Shown here one piece after another: positions 19,304 to 27,586 of a DNA stretch of 64,000 bases (the first letter of the stretch is position 1; each line of letters begins with the position of its first letter). This DNA is from Escherichia phage vB_EcoM_KWBSE43-6. The notes beneath the pieces were generated by a model. It saw only the letters and a program-made list of their open reading frames with translations, had not been told where the DNA came from and did no database searches. Made by a program: the position numbers and the translations under genes. The DNA lies in the sequence record NC_048186.1. One strand, written 5' to 3'.

Positions 19304-20670
19304 TCAGGTTTAAACTCATTCACAGGAACATTTTCAGGGATAACCAACTCAGGACATGCTGCCTTCATCGGTTCTACATACGGCTTACTACCAACGATCC
19401 AGAACAGAGAGTTCTCGTTCAACAACTCTGGTTTGTGTTCCTGGATCCACGTCATTACCTTGCCTTCATAGCGAGGATGAAGTTCAATGTCACCCCATTG
19501 GTATTCCATCAGATCGTTGTAACGAACCCAATTGGTGGTGTGCAAATCCCAGTGATGAACATTAAAGCGCGGAGAACCATCCGCTCTCTCCAGTTCTTTC
19601 GGGTCGTAACGACCTAACAGGCCAAGCAGTGAAACGCTCTTAGGGGACTGCGGAGCGTCCTTCTTACCATACAGATAATCCGGGTTGTCATGATAATGGC
19701 GAGTGAAGTCCACAATGTGCGGTAAATTGGCATATTCACCAATAATGCGCAGACGACTTTCAATGAAGTCAAGGCGATTAGGACCGATGCCGATCAGGTA
19801 CACATTTTTCAGATTCGGTTTCGGGTGCATTGCCAGGCCCGTCAGGATACTGGTGCAAGAGTTGCATGAACCCGCCGGGATGATCAGATCAGTAATATGA
19901 TCCGGAATGTTGGCGACCTGTTCACCACCCAGCATATGGAATCCAGCGATGCGCTCCGGGGAATGCAATTTATGGTCCAGAGTGATCCCATACTCCAGAT
20001 AATACGCCTTTGGATTCTGTTGTTCAATCAGCTTCTTACAGCGAGGCTGAATGGTGCTGTTATAACCAGAACCGACGAAATTGAAGACGCTACCGAACCA
20101 TGCCGACATTGCTACCATGTCATGGTTCATGCAAGTGGTTGGCTTGGTTGCACCCAAGACTGTAGTCGTATGCCCGCCGAAGTGCCGAGAGACTGCCGTC
20201 GCCATAGGGGACTGCGGACTACCAACGACAGTACCATGGATGATATCGGGGGAGCCTCCGGCTTTCAGATGCTCAACCATGAGCCAGATAGCCTGACGGA
20301 GTTTGCTGCCGTTGATACCCTGTTGCCCGTTTGCATAGTTGGACAGCGGCGCGAAGTAATCTTCACGTTTGAACCAAACCTGTTGGTTGGTTACGGGGTT
20401 TGCAACGAGTTCACACGGGGTGTGTTTGTAGAGATAATCTTCCCAGTGAACCAGGTTGCGGTCTAGAGAAAGAGTTTTGAAGATAGTTTTGTTGTGATGT
20501 TGAGAGATAATACCCCCCATCGACGATTCTTCCTTTAACGCATCGCTGACAAATTCTTCAAGGATATCTTGGTTGATACTACTTTCACAGCTTTGGACTG
20601 TAAATGGAGTTGTATTTGTTTCAACAACAGTTTTGATGTCATTTAAAAGTTTCTGGGTTTTATCGTTCAT
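19300..20670 (-). CDS. PLP-dependent enzyme-like protein; candidate DNA hypermodification enzyme
   Basis: 456-aa ORF; ATG at 20670 with GGAGA SD; Gly-rich segments and Lys-containing motif GINGSKLRQ suggest a fold-type II PLP enzyme, motif-level only. Confidence 0.45.
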   Translation of the reverse strand: MNDKTQKLLNDIKTVVETNTTPFTVQSCESSINQDILEEFVSDALKEESSMGGIISQHHNKTIFKTLSLDRNLVHWEDYLYKHTPCELVANPVTNQQVWFKREDYFAPLSNYANGQQGINGSKLRQAIWLMVEHLKAGGSPDIIHGTVVGSPQSPMATAVSRHFGGHTTTVLGATKPTTCMNHDMVAMSAWFGSVFNFVGSGYNSTIQPRCKKLIEQQNPKAYYLEYGITLDHKLHSPERIAGFHMLGGEQVANIPDHITDLIIPAGSCNSCTSILTGLAMHPKPNLKNVYLIGIGPNRLDFIESRLRIIGEYANLPHIVDFTRHYHDNPDYLYGKKDAPQSPKSVSLLGLLGRYDPKELERADGSPRFNVHHWDLHTTNWVRYNDLMEYQWGDIELHPRYEGKVMTWIQEHKPELLNENSLFWIVGSKPYVEPMKAACPELVIPENVPVNEFKPE

Positions 20671-20739
20671 TCTATTTCTCCTGTAGACATTGGCATATCA
20701 TAGCGTATCTACAGGAGTATAGAAAAGGAGAATCTCGAT

Positions 20740-21348
20740 CTACTTCTTCAGAAAAGAAAGTAGACGACGGAAGAATGACTGTTTAGGATTCGATACCGGA
20801 TCTTTTCCAACTACGGAGTCAGTGCTTTTTACGGCACACTTTATCTCTAAAATTGTTTTATTCAAATCAGAGCTATCAACAACAGTCGGTTTCACCGGGA
20901 CTTCACGACTACGAACCATGGTTTCATAGTCGCGGGCGATCTCAATGTATTTCCGGCGCTCAGTGAAGAAATCAACTGCTTTCACTTTCCGGCGGCGGGC
21001 ATGAGAACTCTCTTCACCATAGTAGTCGTAATTGTTACGAACCATCCAGTTTACCGCTTGTTCAAACGTGTTGAACACCAGCATGGGAATACCGTCGCCT
21101 TTCTCAATACAATCCAGTGAAGAGTACCCGACGATGACGGTCATACCTTTCTGGAACAACTTACAGGGGATGGCGTTACCGGGAGTGTTGCGGTCGCGCG
21201 GGACGATATGATCTTCACGGTGAACAAAGTTCGGATACAAGAACTCATTGAGAGTTCCTTTGTAGCCCTTATATGTGTACATACGGACGAATGGAGGAAC
21301 GTCAACTACCACTTCGTTCAGTTCCCAGATAGTAACATTGCGCATCAA
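20740..21348 (-). CDS. hypothetical protein
   Basis: 202-aa ORF. Confidence 0.5.
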   Translation of the reverse strand: MMRNVTIWELNEVVVDVPPFVRMYTYKGYKGTLNEFLYPNFVHREDHIVPRDRNTPGNAIPCKLFQKGMTVIVGYSSLDCIEKGDGIPMLVFNTFEQAVNWMVRNNYDYYGEESSHARRRKVKAVDFFTERRKYIEIARDYETMVRSREVPVKPTVVDSSDLNKTILEIKCAVKSTDSVVGKDPVSNPKQSFFRRLLSFLKK

Positions 21349-21415
21349 TATTTCCTCAAATCAATGTTAGGGGTTTAACGGTTAAATTTTAAACCCCTTT
21401 GTTTGATTGAACAAA

Positions 21416-21934
21416 TTAGATGGTGTTCATATACAATGGTACTACTTGCTCAGCGATGAGAACGATCTCATTAATAGTAAAATCACCACCATAAGAATAC
21501 AACTTCATCTGCGCCCCGTTGGTTGCGAGGTTCCCTGCTTTGTCTACACTGAAAAATGTAATAAAGGAAAGTGTATCCGGTGGGGGTACGCTAGAATCAC
21601 GGCTTTTAGATAACTGGTTACCAGTAGAACCGACAAAATCCAATAGCATTGTCCTGTTGGCAGTAGAACCTGACCATGATCCGATTATATTCACTTTAAC
21701 AGGTAATATAGAGTCTACAGGAAATGCATGGAATTTATGATCAGAAAGTTTGAAGAAAGGAGATAAACCAGTTACAGATGCAGGATGGGGAGTTTTACCA
21801 TCCAATAAAGTCAACAAATCTACTCCGGTACTCCCGGCAGGTAAAGATGCAGTAAGCCCAGAAAATCTTACTTCTACTTTTATACGATGTGTCTGCAGCA
21901 TATTTCCCAAATATGGAGAAATTAAAATAGCCAT
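21416..21934 (-). CDS. hypothetical protein
   Basis: 172-aa ORF. Confidence 0.5.
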   Translation of the reverse strand: MAILISPYLGNMLQTHRIKVEVRFSGLTASLPAGSTGVDLLTLLDGKTPHPASVTGLSPFFKLSDHKFHAFPVDSILPVKVNIIGSWSGSTANRTMLLDFVGSTGNQLSKSRDSSVPPPDTLSFITFFSVDKAGNLATNGAQMKLYSYGGDFTINEIVLIAEQVVPLYMNTI

Positions 21935-21942
21935 AATTCCTC

Positions 21943-22179
21943 CTACGAAACTATTATAACAGAGTTAGCAGACGTTCCTTTAACCCAGCCAATGGTTGGT
22001 GGGGTAAGGACGATGATATTACCCTGATAAATGATATGAGATGCCGCCCCGGAAACGGGCGTCGTGGGGTTGTCGCACAAATACACGGAACCTTGAGTCA
22101 CTTGTAGTGTTTTCAAAGATGTGCCGTCAGAGACTTGAGTCCATGTACTCGCATCTAGAACTATTTTGGCAGTAGCCAT
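21943..22179 (-). CDS. hypothetical small protein
   Basis: ORF track 21943..22356 overlaps a tRNA; true start MATAKIV at 22179 with GGAGG SD. Confidence 0.5.
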   Translation of the reverse strand: MATAKIVLDASTWTQVSDGTSLKTLQVTQGSVYLCDNPTTPVSGAASHIIYQGNIIVLTPPTIGWVKGTSANSVIIVS

Positions 22180-22230
22180 AATACCCTCCAAATACAAGAC
22201 AATGGTATTGTTATTTATACCAACAAAAAA

Positions 22231-22256
22231 GAAGCCCGGTATCCTTACCGGGCTTT
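22231..22256 (-). terminator. rho-independent terminator downstream of tRNA cluster
   Basis: agcccgg...ccgggct stem followed by T-run on minus strand. Confidence 0.55.
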
Positions 22257-22307
22257 GATAAAGACCAAAATCACATGGCCTATTCGCAGTTATGCTACAC
22301 AGATTAT

Positions 22308-22381
22308 TGGAAGGAGCACCAGGATTCGAACCTGAGATCATGGGATCAAAGCCCATTGCCTTACCGCTTGGCTATGCTCCT
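22308..22381 (-). tRNA. tRNA-Gln (anticodon UUG), CCA encoded
   Basis: Manual cloverleaf: acceptor AGGAGCA/TGCTCCT, D-loop GCCAAGCGGTAAGGC, anticodon loop CUUUGAU, T-loop TTCGAAT. Confidence 0.8.
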
Positions 22382-22541
22382 AAAATTGGGAGAGGTACGC
22401 CAGAGTCGAACTGGAAACAGTATTTGACTGGATTATTTGCATTTAGGCCAGTCATCCCCTGTCTTTTGATCTCCACCCCATCTGCGGCCTGGTGCCGGAT
22501 GCACCCAACATTCAGGTTGCGGGAGAACATACCCCTTAATT

Positions 22542-22625
22542 TGGTGAGGGAGGATGGATTCGAACCACCGAAGCCGAAACACCTGATTTACAGTCAGGCC
22601 CATTTGACCACTCTGGTACTCCCCC
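22542..22625 (-). tRNA. tRNA-Tyr (anticodon GUA), long variable arm, CCA encoded
   Basis: Manual fold: anticodon arm CCTGA-CUGUAAA-TCAGG, long variable arm, T-loop TTCGAAT. Confidence 0.75.
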
Positions 22626-23043
22626 GAATTTGGACGGGCTTCTCACCCGATTGTGCATTTGATCTGCCGTAGCCCAACTCCCCGCGTCGTAACGCCGATT
22701 GGTTAACTGGCACCAGTGCCTTCTGGTGTGATCCCTTGGAACTTTACAGGCTTCGCGCCAAACCATTTCTGGTAGTTGGGGCATCGTTTCCGATGTAGGG
22801 TTCCCCCATTTTAACACAGCTGGCTGCAACGCTTACTGTGTTTGTATCAGAGTGTCCGGTGTAGCATTCCGTGAGGTGCGCACTACTGTAGCCTCTACAC
22901 TCTGAATTTGTATGAAGTGGGAATCACTCTCCTGGGTGTCTGTATCCTGCGGCCTTACATTGGCAGCTATCGCGCGATTCGCACTTCCGAAGGCGCTTTG
23001 AGACACTCCACTTCAATTTGATGATGCCACACCACGTCTGGTT

Positions 23044-23114
23044 TGTTGAATCCAGGATTCGAACCTGGGATACCTGCCTTACAGGCGAGTCGCTTTGCCT
23101 CAGCGTTATTCAAC
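23044..23114 (-). tRNA. tRNA, identity uncertain (anticodon loop CUGUAAG, possibly GUA; one mismatch in anticodon stem)
   Basis: Acceptor GTTGAAT/ATTCAAC, T-arm CCAGG-TTCGAAT-CCTGG; anticodon stem imperfect, could be a pseudo-tRNA. Confidence 0.5.
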
Positions 23115-23239
23115 TGGCACCAATTTGGTGGGCGTTACTTTCGTCGGTTTCAGATTCCGTTCGGCTATTGGACGTTGTTCCAAAGAACTTGTCGGTCGCG
23201 TACTTCGTGCTTACTCGCTTTCGTTTCACACCCATTGTC

Positions 23240-23315
23240 TGGCGATGGTGGCAGGACTTGAACCTGCGACATATGGATTAACAGTCCACCGTTCTACCGA
23301 CTGAACTACACCATC
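23240..23315 (-). tRNA. tRNA-Asn (anticodon GUU), CCA encoded
   Basis: Acceptor GATGGTG/CACCATC, D-arm GTTCAGTCGGTAGAAC, anticodon loop CUGUUAA, T-loop TTCAAGT. Confidence 0.8.
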
Positions 23316-23322
23316 ATCAATT

Positions 23323-23409
23323 TGGCGGAAAGTCTGAGATTCGAACTCAGGGGGCATTACACCCGACGATTTTCAAGACCGTTGCCTTAAACCGCTCGGC
23401 CAACTTTCC
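23323..23409 (-). tRNA. tRNA-Ser (anticodon UGA), long variable arm, CCA encoded
   Basis: Acceptor GGAAAGT/ACTTTCC, D-loop GCCGAGCGGTTTAAGGC, anticodon loop CUUGAAA, variable arm CGGGTGTAATGCCCC. Confidence 0.8.
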
Positions 23410-23415
23410 TTTGTA

Positions 23416-23501
23416 TGGTGGAAGATACAGGATTCGAACCTGTGCAACCTTTCGGTTGTACACCTTAGCAGGGTGCTGCAATACCGCTCTGCCAATCTTC
23501 C
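23416..23501 (-). tRNA. tRNA-Ser (anticodon GCU), long variable arm, CCA encoded
   Basis: Acceptor GGAAGAT/ATCTTCC, anticodon loop CUGCUAA, long variable arm, T-loop TTCGAAT. Confidence 0.75.
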
Positions 23502-23692
23502 TATTTATTCGCTTCTATGGCTCGAAGTTGCTTCTCAGCGTCTTCTTTGGATTCATGTGTTCCCAAAACCTTTGTTTTGGTATGGTCCAACACAACCCAA
23601 TGATCACCACGCTTTTCAACAAACTCAACAATTTCTTTGTTGTCAGTCGCAAGACCATCCCATTCAGTTAAGAACTCACCGAACGTTTTCAT
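23501..23692 (-). CDS. small hypothetical protein embedded in tRNA cluster
   Basis: ORF track 23501..23719 (non-ATG start); likely start MMKTFGEF at 23692; protein-like composition. Confidence 0.5.
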   Translation of the reverse strand: MKTFGEFLTEWDGLATDNKEIVEFVEKRGDHWVVLDHTKTKVLGTHESKEDAEKQLRAIEANK

Positions 23693-23919
23693 CATACTCA
23701 CCAATCGTTTATTGAACAACTGGTTTATTTAGGTGCTCCCGAGGCGGTATTTTAATCCCGCGATCCCATCTCGCCTGCCGTAGACCAGAGCTTGTTGGCA
23801 GTCCAACAAATTTGGCGGGGTCTGAGGATTTTCACCTCACCTGCTGGATTGGCCTCCAGCCGTTCTCTCTGGGGACTCGCCGTCCGGACAGCTATCCCTT
23901 AAACTATCGCCCCTTAATA

Positions 23920-23995
23920 TGGTGATCCTGATTGGTTTTGAACCAATGACCAATCGATTATGAGTCGACTGCTCTAACCACTGAGCTACAGGACC
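23920..23995 (-). tRNA. tRNA-Met/Ile-type (anticodon CAU), CCA encoded
   Basis: Acceptor GGTCCTG/CAGGATC, D-arm GCTCAGTGGTTAGAGC, anticodon loop CUCAUAA, T-loop TTCAAAA. Confidence 0.75.
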
Positions 23996-24007
23996 AAAAT
24001 CTTTTAA

Positions 24008-24118
24008 TTCATATTGTCGTGGACAATACCAAGACAGAGGGTTGGAATCTCTTATCCTATAGCGACCCATAAACCGTTTGATCAGTCCGGCCTAAAGGAT
24101 TACCCACGACAATATGAA
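24008..24118 (-). ncRNA. structured element: 15-bp perfect inverted repeat enclosing about 80 nt
   Basis: ttcatattgtcgtgg (24008-24022) is the reverse complement of ccacgacaatatgaa (24104-24118); no ORF; shares 11-mer ATCTCTTATCC with the element at 25175-25295. Confidence 0.35.
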
Positions 24119-25174
24119 CTGTTTACTCTTTGGTCTGGGGGAGGATTTACCTCCCCCATTCCTCCCGGTTTGGGCAGCGATCTCTCACTCAACCAGGGCG
24201 CCGGCAAATTTTAGATCAATTCTACAGGTTTGTAACCGCGCTGTCGCCAAGTCATGTTGCTTCTCCTATCATTATTTGACCGCACATATGGCGGGCCGGG
24301 TTGTAATAGTTGAGTTGTGAACAACCAAGGGCTGCTAGACCTTTTATCCCGTTTGCGCATGATCAGTTCATGCGAGTCTTATCAAGCACCTTACGGCAAC
24401 TCTTCTGGATGTCATCGCCCTGCTGCCAGGCTCATCCCAGGAGTTTATTTTTCCAGGGCTTTCCACTTACAAGTCTTAACCAGACCGGGATACGGGCTTG
24501 TAAGATCGGGTTGGACACAACTTTGAGGACACTGACGACGTCTACTAGTCACCCATAACTGATATTCGGATGCCAGTATCCTCAAAGTTGCAACCAATGT
24601 CGCAACTCGCAGCTTCCATACAGAAGCAACTTGTCCTCTAACGCTCGGACCAAACGAGGCTGGCTGGTTGATTCAGAGCCGCTGGTTGCTCCAGCAAGCA
24701 TGGGTTGATAGCCCGGCAACATAGAATCACCCAAAGATGAAGAACACTCAGTGGTACAAGCCAGGGATACCAATTTCAGGTCCTTTGCGAGTTCTTTAAT
24801 GCTCTTCATTTTGTGAACTTGAGAATACTATACCTGTCTCGGGTTTCCCCTTAGTACGGTCACTCATTGTTCGTCACACCAGGGAGCTACCCTTGATGGC
24901 CCGCTTATTTTGAGTTGTTCCTGGTGCCCACCAGTGTCCGGAATGTATAGGCATCGCAGTCTACAAGGCACTGATCTTTTTCGCCCAGCGCTCTCTCAAG
25001 TTCACAAATCGAAGTGCCCTGACTCAACAGTTGTGGCCCAACATATTGTTATCGTCTACCGGGCTGGCCGTCCACTTTGTAGATCAACCTTTGGGTTTAA
25101 GATAAATTGTCAAGGCACTTCGATTTGGGTGCCCTTCACCTGCCAGGGATCAGGGCTGATGGCAAGACTTCGCT

Positions 25175-25295
25175 CACATCTGGGAGGTATCTCTTATCCG
25201 GATTCGAACCGGATTTATCCTGGCAGAGGAATCTAACCCCTTCACCTTGTCTTCACAAGGACGGTCAACAGACCTCAAGATACCTCCCAGATGTG
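25175..25295 (-). ncRNA. structured element: 18-bp perfect inverted repeat enclosing a T-arm-like hairpin (tRNA-like fragment)
   Basis: cacatctgggaggtatct (25175-25192) vs agatacctcccagatgtg (25278-25295); internal ATCCGG-TTCGAAT-CCGGAT on the minus strand; no canonical cloverleaf. Confidence 0.35.
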
Positions 25296-25299
25296 GAGC

Positions 25300-25390
25300 C
25301 GTTTTAGGGAGTCGAACCCAAATGCTCGGCCAGCGCTGACCTTACATCCCACCTGACTTAGGCAACCCACCTCTGCTTACTCAGGAGCTT
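25300..25390 (-). ncRNA. tRNA-like fragment or tRNA pseudogene (T-arm GGG-TTCGACT-CCC, 3-prime ...GGCTCCA)
   Basis: T-loop motif present but no matching 5-prime acceptor strand found by hand. Confidence 0.25.
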
Positions 25391-25419
25391 ATCCCCTTTA
25401 GACAGTCAGATATAACGGC

Positions 25420-25510
25420 TTTGGGATTGGAGGGAGGAATCGAACCTCCCAGGGTGCTCCCCAAATCAGGGGCTGGCTCACGCCTGAAACCTGTTTAAGC
25501 ACCTGCTCCG
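25420..25510 (-). ncRNA. tRNA-like fragment or tRNA pseudogene (T-arm GGAGG-TTCGATT-CCTCC followed by ...CCCA)
   Basis: T-arm plus CCA-like end, but acceptor and anticodon arms not canonical. Confidence 0.25.
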
Positions 25511-25829
25511 CTCATTGTCGGCGGGAGATTATTAATCACACCCTCCCGCCTATTTTAGTGCGCCGAATTTTGTTATGAGGAATCGGAAGACCTCACTGAC
25601 TTATAGGCTATTACGCCGCCATCAGAACTACATCATCGTTTGCATTTATCTTTGTGGTCAGTTTCTAAAAACCCGCAAAGTCGCGCACAACGAGAACGAA
25701 AACCTGTTTGAGCACAAGACGCCATGTCCTGGATCACATCGAAGTGTTTGTCTAATGCCCAAACAGCTTTTCGCTTCAGTGGGTTAACTATACTTTGTTA
25801 ACCCTTATTGACAAAACTTTAAATTATTT

Positions 25830-25925
25830 TGCGGTGGTCGGAATCGAACCGACAGCTGGTTGAGCGCAGAGTCTTAGGAGAAGGTGCTAACCCGACCATC
25901 ACCAGCAAGCGTCGCACGGGACGCC
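25830..25925 (-). ncRNA. tRNA-like fragment or tRNA pseudogene (T-arm GTCGG-TTCGATT-CCGAC)
   Basis: T-arm present; remainder does not fold into a cloverleaf by hand. Confidence 0.25.
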
Positions 25926-26431
25926 TATCCTCGTCTGCCTATGTTCGCACACCATTCCTGTGCGTTCACCGCAATCTAATTTACCGGAACTTACGCATCC
26001 AGCCTCGCCCTGTTGGCGCTCCTAGAATCCGGGAAGACAGTAGGAACAATTATGTTACCAACAGGAAACCTTTGTGTTGCCCTTTGACGCAACATTATGA
26101 ACCCTCTTTAGAAGACTCATAATGTTGTCGGTGTGATGAGGATTACCAGCCCTCGACCTTCCCATCGTGCGGTGTCGACTCGCCGCCGGGATGCTCTCGT
26201 TCCTCTCCTGTAGATCGATATCAGGCAACCAACAGTGGTAACTTTCTGAGCTAATCACACTTTCAACAGGGAGTTTCGTTCTCCGACGGTCAGTGCGTCC
26301 ACTAACACCAGCAGGGTTACTGCGCTGCCTCTATTCACACAAGCCCCTGAGACTAGGGATTAACTGGTTTCGGGTTCAAGCCTACTCCCACTGTGCTGTT
26401 TCCCTTGAAATTTTATGATACTGCAACACGG

Positions 26432-26605
26432 CTAATTTGAAAAGTCCTCTCCTCTTGAGCAACAGGACCTGAAATCCTGCGGCGAACCTCTGCTCAAAAC
26501 CCGGTGCGCTATCGAAGGCGCTTTGCCAGAGTAAACATCGGGTGTTCCTAGGAGAGTGAAGGCCATCCCGATGATGAGGATAAGGAGTAACGCTATGATT
26601 ATCAT
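26432..26605 (-). CDS. small hydrophobic membrane peptide, 57 aa, not in ORF track
   Basis: Manual translation MIIIALLLILIIGMAFTLLGTPDVYSGKAPS...; strong SD GGGAGGG 7 nt upstream of ATG. Confidence 0.45.
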   Translation of the reverse strand: MIIIALLLILIIGMAFTLLGTPDVYSGKAPSIAHRVLSRGSPQDFRSCCSRGEDFSN

Positions 26606-26662
26606 ACTGTTCCCTCCCTTCCATGCAACTTACTTTACTGTAATTCTGTATTGAATAAAGCG

Positions 26663-27232
26663 TTATTTTACCACAGAAAACTTCACAACCTTCTCTAGGA
26701 TAAACACATATTCCTGAGCAGCTGAATTCGACATATAATGCGTAGACGGAATAGAATGTGAATTCGTTGTTTCGCCCAGATTAACGCGGTCACACCAGCC
26801 ATTGATGGCATTACCGTAGAAGCCGATGATCGCAACGAAGTAGATGCGCTGGCTTTCTGGTTCCAGAACATAGTTGATCGTGAACGCAGTGTCCGTGCGG
26901 ACGGCTTCCAGTTTGATCCCAATACGACATTCCGGCATGTTGGGACGAACATATAAATGACGGAAGCGGTCGCGGCGGGCGGTGGAAGATTGTTCCAGTT
27001 CGTTGCGGAACTCACTCGTGACGTCGATGTTAAATGAAAAGGTGTTGTGTTTCATATCGGAACGAGCAAGGGAAACCGCATTGTCGATAACGCGACGGAA
27101 ATTTACCCCTTTATTTGTCAGGAGTTTAACTTCCTCAGCAATTGTCGTCAAAGAAATTTTGGTGGCTTGTTGTCCTTCATATTTTTCTAACAAAGGAATG
27201 ACGTGTTTCATAACTGCGGTGTTAATGTGCAT
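26663..27232 (-). CDS. hypothetical protein
   Basis: ORF track 26663..27271; likely start MHINTAV at 27232 with GAGGA SD. Confidence 0.55.
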   Translation of the reverse strand: MHINTAVMKHVIPLLEKYEGQQATKISLTTIAEEVKLLTNKGVNFRRVIDNAVSLARSDMKHNTFSFNIDVTSEFRNELEQSSTARRDRFRHLYVRPNMPECRIGIKLEAVRTDTAFTINYVLEPESQRIYFVAIIGFYGNAINGWCDRVNLGETTNSHSIPSTHYMSNSAAQEYVFILEKVVKFSVVK

Positions 27233-27539
27233 AATAAGATCCTCTTGTAGAATTGAAATAAACGCCATCATTATAATAGAACGATTGTTATTGAATATTG
27301 GTCTCTAAATTACAGGAGTGTTTTATTAATAGGCAGAAACTACTTTTCTAACACATCTCTAGACTGTATGCTAACGCTGTGCCCTTCGAGTTGTGAGTGT
27401 CAACGAACAACGAGAAGCAGCCTCCCTGGCTGTGGAAGGGTGCCAGCCCGCACAGGGCGGTCTTACGAGCGAAGCGAGTTGATTAATATATTTGATAATA
27501 ACGCGCGCGAGAGTAAATTCCTTTCTCTGTCTTCAACAG

Positions 27540-27546
27540 CTAAATA
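27540..27546 (+). promoter_or_regulatory. late-promoter-like motif CTAAATA
   Basis: Motif about 40 nt upstream of the baseplate wedge start; same heptamer recurs upstream of at least nine other plus-strand structural genes. Confidence 0.35.
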
Positions 27547-27586
27547 TCTCCAACACCATATTCAAACTTGTGTGACGGAGATCAAC

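Noticed and set aside
21369-21398. 10-bp hairpin aggggtttaa...ttaaacccct between two minus-strand genes as a terminator
   Set aside because: The T-tract is on the plus strand only, opposite to the flanking genes; function unclear.
22382-22541. T-loop-like motif (CCAG-TTCGACT-CTGG on minus strand) suggesting an additional tRNA between tRNA-Gln and tRNA-Tyr
   Set aside because: No acceptor stem or anticodon arm could be paired by hand; treated as spacer or degenerate tRNA-like sequence.
22536-26258. Short ORFs across the tRNA and structured region (for example 22536..22829, 23018..23281, 24910..25236, 25829..26122)
   Set aside because: They overlap tRNA genes or have Ser/Arg/Cys/Pro-rich composition with no ribosome-binding sites; judged non-coding.
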